Positions 22,146-30,300 are shown, numbered from the stretch's first letter. The stretch is 32,000 nucleotides of DNA from Candidatus Micrarchaeota archaeon (GCA_043814255.1 JBDRKD010000103.1:6499-38498), one strand, 5' to 3'. Translations and numbers: made by a program. Notes: a model not told the origin generated them from the letters alone.

Positions 22146-22435
22146 ATGCCTCCAAATCAAACTGGTCAATAAAATTTTAACACAGGGGGTATTTAAGCAT
22201 TTCCCTTTTTGGTGCTGTTAAGTCATTGTTGGTGGCAACGCCAACAAGCGGCAGCCAATTCGGGAGGCCGTTAGTGCCTTGGGGCACGGATCCGAACTGC
22301 TGCGTGCCATCCGTTACCAGTGTGAACGCTTTTAATCTGACACCTCATCAGCCGAAATTTCCAGCAAAGAACAAATATCCATCAACAAAAGCAAACATTT
22401 ATACCCGTGTCTCAATCATATACCTTAGTGGTCGA

Positions 22436-23377
22436 ATGTATCGAATGAGCGAAGGGCAAGTCCCAGATTTCCTCGATTATATCTCAAGGAATGTAGAACT
22501 GATAATACCATATAGGAAAGACGGGGTATCCTATTTCAAGAAGTACGAGCCAGGGGACAAGCCGTTTCTGGGGAAAGGGAACACAGATTATTCTGTGAAG
22601 CCGTTCTTCTTCCCATACAAGGACGCAATGTTCAAATATACGAAGGATGGGGATATCCAACACAAACCAGAGGCAAAAGAGCGGGTCATATTCGGAGTGC
22701 GCCCGTGCGACCTTCATGGAATATCAGTCACAGACATGTTCTTCTCAAACGACATAAAGGACCCACACTATATGGAACTGAGGGAGAAGACGATACTCAT
22801 CGCACTCGATTGCACAATACCTGGGAAGAATTGTTTCTGCGACTCGCTTGGGAAAAGGAACCCAATCGGCCATGACGTGGTTCTTTTCCATGTGGGAAAG
22901 CACTACTACGCCAGATCGGAAACCGACAGAGGGAGGGATTTGATAGAAGGCAGCGGTGTTTTCAAGGAAAGCGAAGACATCGAACAGCCAAAACGAAGCC
23001 CGTGTAAGAAGAGTGCGGCTCCTGTAGAAAACTCCAAAATCAAGTGGGAGAAATGGGGAAAGCAATGCTTCGGTTGCAGTGCCTGCACCGCGGTGTGCCC
23101 GACATGTGTATGCTTCGATGTGGAGGACGAGGTCCAACTAGATGGAAACGTGGAGCGCAACAGGCTCTGGGCATCGTGTTTCACAAAAGATTTCACAACA
23201 GTCGCGGGAAACCACTGTTTCAGGCTTTCTCACACCGAGATGCTCAAGCAATTCGTAAATCACAAGTTCTCCTATTTCGAGGATGAGTTCGGGGTCACGA
23301 TGTGCGTTGGTTGCGGGAGGTGCATAGGCGCCTGCACGGCGAAAATTGACATATCAAAAATAATAAGCGGGAAATAG
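22436..23377 (+). CDS. hydB: Sulfhydrogenase (group 3b NiFe hydrogenase) beta subunit, 4Fe-4S dicluster protein (AsrA-like)
   Basis: Cluster motifs CFGCSACTAVCPTCVC and CVGCGRCIGAC are present. The N-terminus MYRMSEGQVPDFLDYISRNVELIIPY...KPFFFPYKD resembles HydB. The start is set at 22436 (alternative 22445) because a TATA atttatac sits at 22397..22404. The track start at 22226 adds 70 codons that do not look like protein. Confidence 0.75.
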   Translation: MYRMSEGQVPDFLDYISRNVELIIPYRKDGVSYFKKYEPGDKPFLGKGNTDYSVKPFFFPYKDAMFKYTKDGDIQHKPEAKERVIFGVRPCDLHGISVTDMFFSNDIKDPHYMELREKTILIALDCTIPGKNCFCDSLGKRNPIGHDVVLFHVGKHYYARSETDRGRDLIEGSGVFKESEDIEQPKRSPCKKSAAPVENSKIKWEKWGKQCFGCSACTAVCPTCVCFDVEDEVQLDGNVERNRLWASCFTKDFTTVAGNHCFRLSHTEMLKQFVNHKFSYFEDEFGVTMCVGCGRCIGACTAKIDISKIISGK

Positions 23378-23385
23378 GTGTACCA

Positions 23386-24177
23386 ATGGACGATCCATAC
23401 ATTCCAAAAAAATCAAGGATTCTGAAAATAACTGATGAGACCCAGGACATAAAGACATTTCACATAGAGAACATAATAGGTCAATATTCCCCGGGCCAAT
23501 TCGTAGAGCTTACTGTTTGGGGTGTTGGGGAGGCTCCGATATCCATCTCAAGTTCCGAAGGGGACCTAATCCTAACTGTGAAGAAGATAGGTTCTGTTAC
23601 AGATGCATTGTTCAGGCTGAGAGAGGGCGATACAATTGGCATCAGGGGTCCGTATGGGAGCGGTTGGCCAATCCATCTGCTCAAAGACAAGAGCGTGATA
23701 GTCATCTGCGGAGGAGTCGGACTTCCTCCTCTGAGGCCAGTCATACACCACGTGATGAACTTGGGGCGAAAAGCCATACTCTGTTATGGGGCAAGAAGCC
23801 CCGAGGACATGGTGTACAGGGATGAACTCGAACATTGGAAGACGCAGGGAATCGACGTGAGGACGACTGTTGACACATGCGGTATGGGGTGGAAGGGAAA
23901 TGTCGGGGTAGTGACATGCATAATGGAGACTGCAATAAAGAAGGACGAAGGCGCAATATGCATGCTCTGCGGCCCACCGATAATGATGAAATTTGCCACA
24001 AAATTACTGTTCGATACGGGATTCAAAAAGAACCAGATATACGTTTCACTGGAACGGATGATGAAATGCGGGGTCGGGAAATGCTGCCATTGCATGGCTG
24101 GTGGGAAATTTGTTTGCAAGCACGGGCCAGTGTTCCGGCTCGATGAAATCGAGAACCTTCCAGAGAGGTTGTTGTGA
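23386..24177 (+). CDS. hydG: Sulfhydrogenase gamma subunit (FAD/NAD(P)-binding, 2Fe-2S; AsrB/PyrK-like)
   Basis: 263 aa. Motifs seen are GVGEAPISISS, the nucleotide-binding VIVICGGVGLPPLRPV, and the C-terminal MKCGVGKCCHCMAGGKFVCKHGPVF cluster motif. Confidence 0.8.
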   Translation: MDDPYIPKKSRILKITDETQDIKTFHIENIIGQYSPGQFVELTVWGVGEAPISISSSEGDLILTVKKIGSVTDALFRLREGDTIGIRGPYGSGWPIHLLKDKSVIVICGGVGLPPLRPVIHHVMNLGRKAILCYGARSPEDMVYRDELEHWKTQGIDVRTTVDTCGMGWKGNVGVVTCIMETAIKKDEGAICMLCGPPIMMKFATKLLFDTGFKKNQIYVSLERMMKCGVGKCCHCMAGGKFVCKHGPVFRLDEIENLPERLL

Positions 24178-24178
24178 C

Positions 24179-24934
24179 ATGGAAAAGAAGAAAGTAGCCA
24201 TATTCAGCCTAACTTGCTGCGCAGGATGCCAGCTTGAGATACTGGATAATCCAGAACTTTTGGATATGCTGAAATACATTGAAATAGTGAAATTCCCAAT
24301 AGCCATAGCGCGCAACGAGCCAGGACCATATGATATAGTTTTTGTTGAGGGCATGGTCACAACCCCAGAGGAGATAGTAATAGTGAAGAGCATTAGGAAG
24401 AGCACGAAACACCTCATAGCCATCGGTGCCTGCGCAACATATGGTGGAGTCCCGACAATAAGGAACTCCATCCCGCAACGCGAGGCCGAGGCAGCGGCCT
24501 ATGGGGAGAACACGCAGCACATCCTGTCAATAAAACCATCAGGGGTTTCCGAATACGTTAAGGTCGATTACCTAATCCACGGATGCCCGATCAGCAAGGA
24601 TGAGTTTTCATCGGTTGTAAAGGCTCTCCTCGCAGGGAAATACCCAAAGCCCCACACACATTCGGTTTGCATGGAATGCAAAGCAAAGGGAAACAAATGC
24701 CTGTTCCCAGAGGACATATGCATGGGTCCGATAACGCATGGGGGATGCGGAGCCCCATGCCCATCCAACGGGGTGGCGTGTTTCAGTTGCCGCGGCCCGA
24801 AAGAGGATGCCAATGTTGAGGAATTTGTTTCCCTCGCGAAAAAGCAGGGCTATTCTGATGCAGAGATAAGGCGGCTCCTCGGAAAGTTTGCATGCACTGC
24901 AAAACAATACAAAAAAATATCTGGAGTAGATTGA
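24179..24934 (+). CDS. hydD: NiFe hydrogenase small (delta) subunit
   Basis: The ATG at 24179 lies 1 nt after the hydG stop. The N-terminus MEKKKVAIFSLTCCAGCQLEILD is the typical small-subunit proximal cluster motif. Further Cys motifs are GCPISKDE, CMECKAKGNKC and GGCGAPCPSNGVACFSCRGP. The track start at 24101 is an upstream alternative-codon artefact. Confidence 0.85.
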   Translation: MEKKKVAIFSLTCCAGCQLEILDNPELLDMLKYIEIVKFPIAIARNEPGPYDIVFVEGMVTTPEEIVIVKSIRKSTKHLIAIGACATYGGVPTIRNSIPQREAEAAAYGENTQHILSIKPSGVSEYVKVDYLIHGCPISKDEFSSVVKALLAGKYPKPHTHSVCMECKAKGNKCLFPEDICMGPITHGGCGAPCPSNGVACFSCRGPKEDANVEEFVSLAKKQGYSDAEIRRLLGKFACTAKQYKKISGVD

Positions 24935-26209
24935 ATGGTCTTGATAAAACTCGATCACATAACAAAAATAGAGGGACACGGAAGCCTACACGTCCAAGTC
25001 GAGGAAGGGGAAGTCAAGGAAGTTCAGATGGGGGCAGTGGAAGGGGCAAGGTTCTTTGAGGCAGTCGTGAAGGGCAGGGAGTTCCACGAGATTCCAACAC
25101 TAACCTCTCCAATATGCGGCATATGCAGCCAAGCCCACGTTCTCGCATCCATAAGTGCAATAGAGTGCGCCACTGGGATAGAGCCTTCACACCAGACAGT
25201 TCTTATGCGTGAGTTGCTCAACATAGGGCAGTATGTACAGAGCCACAATGTACACACCCACTTCCTTGTGCTCCCGGATTACTTTGGCTATGGGGACGCA
25301 ATAGCGATGATGGATAAGCACGAAGATGTCGTTAAAAGGGCACTTAAATTCAAGCGTTGGGCGAGTTCATTCTGCACATTGGTGGGCGGCAGGGATATGC
25401 ATCCGGTGTGCGCGCAGGTCGGCGGGTTCTCACACATCCCGGACAAGGGCAAGCTCAGCGATATGATCTCCACACTCAAGGAGCTTCGGCCCGAAGCAAT
25501 GAAGATAGCTGAGATTTTCGGTTCGTTGAAATATCCTGATTTTGAGAGAAAGAAGGACTACGCATCCCTCATCCAGGAAAATAAGTACCCCTTGATAAGC
25601 GGAGACGTAACAATAGGGCAGACGCGATTCAGCCCAAGTGAATATCTTGATAATGTCTCCGAATCCACAAAAGCATATTCTCCGAGCAAATACTCGCTTT
25701 TCAAAGGAAAGAGTTTCATGGTTGGGTCACTTGCTCGCATTAATAACAACCTGCCAAACCTCTCGGACAATGCAAAGGTTGCGATTGCCCATTCAGAAAT
25801 AACCTTCCCAAACAATAATCCATTCACAAACAATTTCGCTCAAGCGGTTGAGATAGTGCATTGCGTTGACCGCGCCATAGACATACTGGAAAACCACCGT
25901 CTCAAACGTGAGCAATGGATCCACCCAAGGAAGCTCAAGATCCAGAACGGAAGAGGGGTAGGGGCCGTTGAGGCCCCGAGAGGAACGCTCTATCATGATT
26001 ACACCATATCAAAGGGAATCATCCAGTCTGCCAATATAATCACCCCGACAGTTCAGAACCTAAACTGTTTGGAGGATGATGTGCGCGCTTATCTCCCGAA
26101 GATACTTGACAGTGATGAGAAAACAGTAGTTGCCGAACTCGAGAAACTTGTTCGCGCTTACGACCCATGCTGCTCATGTTCGGTCCACTATCTGGATGTC
26201 CGCAGATAA
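24935..26209 (+). CDS. hydA: NiFe hydrogenase large (alpha) subunit, group 3b type
   Basis: 424 aa. It has the N-terminal KIEGHG motif, the L1 nickel-binding motif PICGICSQAH, and the C-terminal DPCCSCSVH followed by a short YLDVRR tail (the protease substrate). Its ATG abuts the hydD stop (TGAATG). Confidence 0.9.
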   Translation: MVLIKLDHITKIEGHGSLHVQVEEGEVKEVQMGAVEGARFFEAVVKGREFHEIPTLTSPICGICSQAHVLASISAIECATGIEPSHQTVLMRELLNIGQYVQSHNVHTHFLVLPDYFGYGDAIAMMDKHEDVVKRALKFKRWASSFCTLVGGRDMHPVCAQVGGFSHIPDKGKLSDMISTLKELRPEAMKIAEIFGSLKYPDFERKKDYASLIQENKYPLISGDVTIGQTRFSPSEYLDNVSESTKAYSPSKYSLFKGKSFMVGSLARINNNLPNLSDNAKVAIAHSEITFPNNNPFTNNFAQAVEIVHCVDRAIDILENHRLKREQWIHPRKLKIQNGRGVGAVEAPRGTLYHDYTISKGIIQSANIITPTVQNLNCLEDDVRAYLPKILDSDEKTVVAELEKLVRAYDPCCSCSVHYLDVRR

Positions 26210-26574
26210 TCAACAATGAAACCACTAACTTCCAGGATAGCGTCCTTCTGATCCATCCCCTCAGGAATCCCAATCACCTTCACACGCTTACCCTCCTTCT
26301 CAAGCAACCTCAGATAGAACCCAACGTCAATATCATGGGCAGTTATGCCCCTACTCTTTTTCAACTCCTCAATCCCAATAAACCTGACTTCACCAATCCC
26401 TTTTACAACATCAAGAACAATGGTCATATCATCCGCTTCATCCAAAAGACGGTCATCCATCCCGCAAACAACAAACTCAACACCTGTGACTTTTCCACCC
26501 AACGCCTCTCCAACATTGAGGGCAAGGCTATCCATCTCGAAATGCGGATTTCCGAAGCAGAGCACTTTCAGCAT
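26188..26574 (-). CDS. Hydrogenase maturation endopeptidase (HycI/HoxW-like)
   Basis: The start is set at the ATG at 26574, giving MLKVLCFGNPHFEMDSLALNVGEAL...MTIVLDVV...ITAHDIDVGFYL...VKVIGI. This is the family pattern GN....D(D/S)..G, then DA/DV, then (T/S)HD. It converges on hydA and overlaps its 3' end by 22 nt. Confidence 0.8.
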   Translation of the reverse strand: MLKVLCFGNPHFEMDSLALNVGEALGGKVTGVEFVVCGMDDRLLDEADDMTIVLDVVKGIGEVRFIGIEELKKSRGITAHDIDVGFYLRLLEKEGKRVKVIGIPEGMDQKDAILEVSGFIVDYLRTSR

Positions 26575-26633
26575 ATCCGGCACTATGGCGTAAGTAATAT
26601 TAAAATACCCACCCATAACGGGTTGGTGGTATT

Positions 26634-27722
26634 GTGAGGATATTTGCTATTATGTTGGTTATCGCGGTGTTGTTCTCCCCCTGTTTCTCAGAGGCAAGGG
26701 AATTGCCGGCAATACTCAGCGACTTTACACAAGAGACACTGGTAGTTATGAACTGTAAGACTACTCAGCCAGGCGGTTCTGAAATGGTGGACATATCCAT
26801 AAACGTGGATAACCCCCTGCCAGTGCAGATGAAAGTGAGCTTTACATACCTGGACATGGCAACAGGCCTCTATGAAGAACAGCCAATAAACCAATACTGC
26901 TACATAGGCCCACACCTCTCACTGCCCTGCAAATTCAAGATGCCCATACGACTCGGTGGAAGGGCCAATGGAACCATCTCAAACGCGGAGCTCATGCGAC
27001 TCAAAGGGGTTGACCCACAGGGAACCAGAACAGAGACCTATACCAAGTCATTCTGGTTTAACATCGAACACGAGGAATCGCTCCCAGAGATAAATGCAAT
27101 GAACAAGATAGTTGCTGCCGAGGAGCTTATTTCAGAAACAGATTCAGGGATACCCTGTTTTGGTTCTGTCTGCTGCGGAATGGGTGGAGCAAACGATAAC
27201 ATCGAGCTAGCCAAGCTCGACGTTTCAAAGGCCAAAGAGCAACTGAGACTATGCAATATCACAGGTGCATATTCCCTAGCTTCCTCTGCAGTTGCCAAGG
27301 CACAGAATGCAGGTTCTTACCTATCATCAAACACACTGCCATGCACAGACATACTGCTTGAATACAAGGAAGCAAAGACTGCCGTGGACGAGGCGGAAGC
27401 GCACCTCTCAAATCTCGACTGTGACGTCGATCAAACACTGACAGAGGCACTGAGCAACGCAAGAGGAAAGCTAATGAATTCAAAATCGAAGATAGGTTCA
27501 GATGAATACGAGTTGGCAAGCCTTGAGATCCAGGGAGCAAGAAACGCTGCCGAATCAATCAAAGAGGCAGGATGCACGCCTGACGGGAAAATCGACACAA
27601 GCAACGGCACCGATTCGAACGTAACATCGGGGGATGGCGTTTCTTCGGAAGATGATGCCAAACCATGCCCTGCGTTTCTCCTGCCATTGATACTCGCGGC
27701 GTTCGCGTATACAAAGCGATAG
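26634..27722 (+). CDS. Secreted Cys-rich surface protein with a helical region and a PGF-CTERM-like C-terminal anchor
   Basis: 362 aa, GTG start. The signal peptide is MRIFAIMLVIAVLFSPCFSEA. It has more than 15 Cys. A Ser/Asp/Gly-rich linker (GTDSNVTSGDGVSSEDDAK) leads to PCPAFLLPLILAAFAYTKR at the extreme C-terminus. Confidence 0.7.
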   Translation: MRIFAIMLVIAVLFSPCFSEARELPAILSDFTQETLVVMNCKTTQPGGSEMVDISINVDNPLPVQMKVSFTYLDMATGLYEEQPINQYCYIGPHLSLPCKFKMPIRLGGRANGTISNAELMRLKGVDPQGTRTETYTKSFWFNIEHEESLPEINAMNKIVAAEELISETDSGIPCFGSVCCGMGGANDNIELAKLDVSKAKEQLRLCNITGAYSLASSAVAKAQNAGSYLSSNTLPCTDILLEYKEAKTAVDEAEAHLSNLDCDVDQTLTEALSNARGKLMNSKSKIGSDEYELASLEIQGARNAAESIKEAGCTPDGKIDTSNGTDSNVTSGDGVSSEDDAKPCPAFLLPLILAAFAYTKR

Positions 27723-27724
27723 TT

Positions 27725-28018
27725 ATGGGATTATTGGACGTCTTGCTTGGGCGCCACAGGAACCAGGAGTGCCCCAAATGCGGAGAGCCAGTCTCCATGG
27801 AATTAGAGGAATGTCCAAAATGCGGGACAAAGATACAGGACATGTTTGTAATCGTCTGCTCAAACTGCAAGGAGCAGGCGCCCCTGAAATCACGCTCGTG
27901 CCCCAAATGCGGGCATTCGTTCTACAAGCAAGAGAACGTATACCTATGTCCGCGTTGCAGGTACAAATCAAAAACGTTCCTGACAAGATGTCCTGCATGC
28001 GGGCAGAAATTTATGTGA
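27725..28018 (+). CDS. Small triple zinc-ribbon protein
   Basis: The ATG at 27725 lies 2 nt after the upstream stop and gives MGLLDVLLGR. Six CxxC pairs (CPKC, CPKC, CSNC, CPKC, CPRC, CPAC) are arranged as three ribbons in 97 aa. The track start at 27665 overlaps the upstream gene. Confidence 0.7.
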   Translation: MGLLDVLLGRHRNQECPKCGEPVSMELEECPKCGTKIQDMFVIVCSNCKEQAPLKSRSCPKCGHSFYKQENVYLCPRCRYKSKTFLTRCPACGQKFM

Positions 28019-28022
28019 TTAT

Positions 28023-28727
28023 ATGGATGTTGAATTGATTGCACACACCCCGGACCCAGACATCACAGCAGCTGCAGCTGCGATGACGTCGACTTCGAAA
28101 AGGAGCACAATCCAGATAATCAGGGATTCAAAAGAACCAGAGATGCGAAAGAAGGCCCTCAAGGTGCTGAAGCGAGTCATGGCATCAGGACACCTGTCCG
28201 TCCTAGAACACACAACATTCACGTTCTCTGTTTCCGGAGTTTCTCGCGCATTAACGCATGAGCTTGTGCGCCACAGGATAGCATCGTACACACAACAAAG
28301 CCAGCGATACGTTAAATTCGAAAACGAGAAAGATTTTATTCACCCTCACACAATTGAAAAAAACAAAAAAACAAAAGGGATTTATGAAAGGCTCTTGTCA
28401 GAGTCCATTAAGGCATACGACGAACTTGTTGGGGAGGGAATTCCTTTTGAGGACGCGAGATACGTTCTTCCCAATGCTTCCCCGACAAATATCATCATTA
28501 CGATGAATGCCAGGGCGCTGCTGAACTTCTTTTCACTCAGGTGCTGCGAAAGAGCGCAATGGGAAATCAGGGAACTGGCCACCGAAATGTGCAGGCAAGT
28601 AAAAAGACTTGCGCCAGTAATGTTCGCTGATGCTGGCCCATCATGTTCCCAGAAAGGGCGTTGCACGGAGGGAAAGCTCACATGTGGGAGAATGGGGGAG
28701 GTAGTGGAGCGTTTCAATAATCTATAG
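28023..28727 (+). CDS. thyX: FAD-dependent thymidylate synthase
   Basis: 234 aa. It contains the ThyX signature RHRIASYTQQSQRY (RHRxxSxxxxSxR) and has a typical N-terminus, MDVELIAHTPDP. Confidence 0.9.
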   Translation: MDVELIAHTPDPDITAAAAAMTSTSKRSTIQIIRDSKEPEMRKKALKVLKRVMASGHLSVLEHTTFTFSVSGVSRALTHELVRHRIASYTQQSQRYVKFENEKDFIHPHTIEKNKKTKGIYERLLSESIKAYDELVGEGIPFEDARYVLPNASPTNIIITMNARALLNFFSLRCCERAQWEIRELATEMCRQVKRLAPVMFADAGPSCSQKGRCTEGKLTCGRMGEVVERFNNL

Positions 28728-28737
28728 TTCCCCTTTC

Positions 28738-30300
28738 TCATTTTACACGCCCCATACAGTATATGTCTGGCCCCAAACAACCTTCTTTCTCTAGTTGCGA
28801 AACCATCCAACCTAGGACTCTGTTCCTCAACTGCATATATTTCTCCCTCCCAAATTCTACGTTCCCTATGGCATACCTCTTGTTCTTTGCGTTGAAGCAG
28901 AACATACAATTGCTAAGATTCTCGCAGTTATGGCAGAACATGGAATCCCTGCAATTCGAGCAGCCATCCATCTCGAAACATTTTACCAGGTTTGCTGAGT
29001 GATAGCAGTTGAGACAGAATCCACAATCGATAATCCAGAAAGAGCCGAACACGTATTCTGAGTTGAAGACCTGGCCGGAGATTCCAGAGTTTTTCCCAAA
29101 GTTTGAGTCTACAACCTTGTAGATGTTAACCGAATTCTCAGAGAGCGGACTTCCGATTACGTTTTGACAACCACCCGCAATTATCTCAGGCGAATAATAT
29201 GCGATCTTCTCTATTTTCTTGAGTATCACGCTTAAGTTCAACTCCTCAGTCTCAGACAAGTCAATCCTTAGCTTCCCGAGCTCGAGCGCCTCCTCGTTGG
29301 TTACAAAACGGCTCTCATGGATGCCCCGCATAAATGGAAAAGATGAGAACGGCGGATAGGTCTCTCTTCCGAACGGAGTTTTTCTCCTTCCCACCGTGGC
29401 AGTATGTTTGCTAAGCCATTTCTCAAACCTTGTTATTGGACCAAGATTCGCCCCCAATGTTATCCTGCCCGCTGTGTTGAATGCCTTGTCTATCCTGTCC
29501 ATCCTCTGTTCATCAGTTCTTTCTTTAACATTTATCTCCGGAGGTGCTTCTGTCCTTCCAGGTAGATTGAATATATTCGGCAGTTTTTTGTCCTTAACAA
29601 GTTTTTCCCTAATCTCTTCGAGAAGTTTGTTCCTTATCCTGAAATACCTGTCCTTTTCGAGCGGCAAGTTTCCTATAACATACCTTGCCCCCCTCTGGTT
29701 TAGCGAGAACATGTTGTGTGTGCAACCGAGGCAATTGTAGGAGAAGTAAGTATCGCTTGTGTCAGCGACGTAATAAGCCTCGAAGCACCTGGTCGAATTA
29801 TACGAGACAGTCTTTATCATGTGCCTCGCCTTTCCACTTGTGCTCGATCCGAAAACATACTCGCTGTCCCTCACCATCCAGGAGTAAGCGATGTACTTCG
29901 ACTGCTTGATGTTAGTGCTTCCCACCACATAGAAGCTGTCCATGCACACATCAACATCATTTACGAACCCCGACTCGCCGAGCACCCTGTTCCCAGTGTA
30001 CAATACTCTGTCGTCAATCGCGTTGAGAAGGCTGTCGATATCCTTTATCTCGTTTATGTTCAGCGGCTTAAATTCCCCCTCAATTATCTCATCCTGGGAG
30101 ATGAACTTCGCCTCCCCGCAGTGCTCGTCTGTCAGCAGGGTTATGTCCTTTCCCGAGATCCAAGATTTCTTTTTCGATACAGGGCGGAAGTACTCTGTCA
30201 GGTACTCCCTGAAGTTCTCAAGTCGCACTTCCCCATCACCCTTCCCCAGCAGCATTTTGAAGGTGCGTTGAAACGCTGAGTCTACATCCATATCAATCAA
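28738..30300 (-). CDS. Internally duplicated protein of unknown function with a C-terminal cysteine ladder
   Basis: 520 aa. Two homologous halves are offset by about 268 aa: DSEYVFGSS...RGARYVIGNLPLEKDRYFRIRNKLL and NSEYVFGSF...NKRYAIGNVEFGREKYMQLRNRVL. Residues 426-468 carry 10 Cys with C-x2-C-x5 periodicity (CGFCLNCYHSANLVKCFEMDGCSNCRDSMFCHNCENLSNCMFC). Confidence 0.6.
   Translation of the reverse strand: MIDMDVDSAFQRTFKMLLGKGDGEVRLENFREYLTEYFRPVSKKKSWISGKDITLLTDEHCGEAKFISQDEIIEGEFKPLNINEIKDIDSLLNAIDDRVLYTGNRVLGESGFVNDVDVCMDSFYVVGSTNIKQSKYIAYSWMVRDSEYVFGSSTSGKARHMIKTVSYNSTRCFEAYYVADTSDTYFSYNCLGCTHNMFSLNQRGARYVIGNLPLEKDRYFRIRNKLLEEIREKLVKDKKLPNIFNLPGRTEAPPEINVKERTDEQRMDRIDKAFNTAGRITLGANLGPITRFEKWLSKHTATVGRRKTPFGRETYPPFSSFPFMRGIHESRFVTNEEALELGKLRIDLSETEELNLSVILKKIEKIAYYSPEIIAGGCQNVIGSPLSENSVNIYKVVDSNFGKNSGISGQVFNSEYVFGSFWIIDCGFCLNCYHSANLVKCFEMDGCSNCRDSMFCHNCENLSNCMFCFNAKNKRYAIGNVEFGREKYMQLRNRVLGWMVSQLEKEGCLGPDIYCMGRVK

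Noticed and set aside
22226-22435. A 70-codon N-terminal extension of hydB, as drawn in the ORF track from an alternative start codon
   Set aside because: The extension has no HydB-like sequence. It contains the GC-rich hairpin block and lies upstream of the TATA box at 22397..22404. HydB-like sequence begins at MYRMSEGQ (22436).
26167-26637. Plus-strand ORF of 156 aa downstream of hydA
   Set aside because: It is antisense to the hydrogenase maturation protease gene, which has clear family motifs. The plus-strand translation is low-complexity and rich in Asn, Pro and His.
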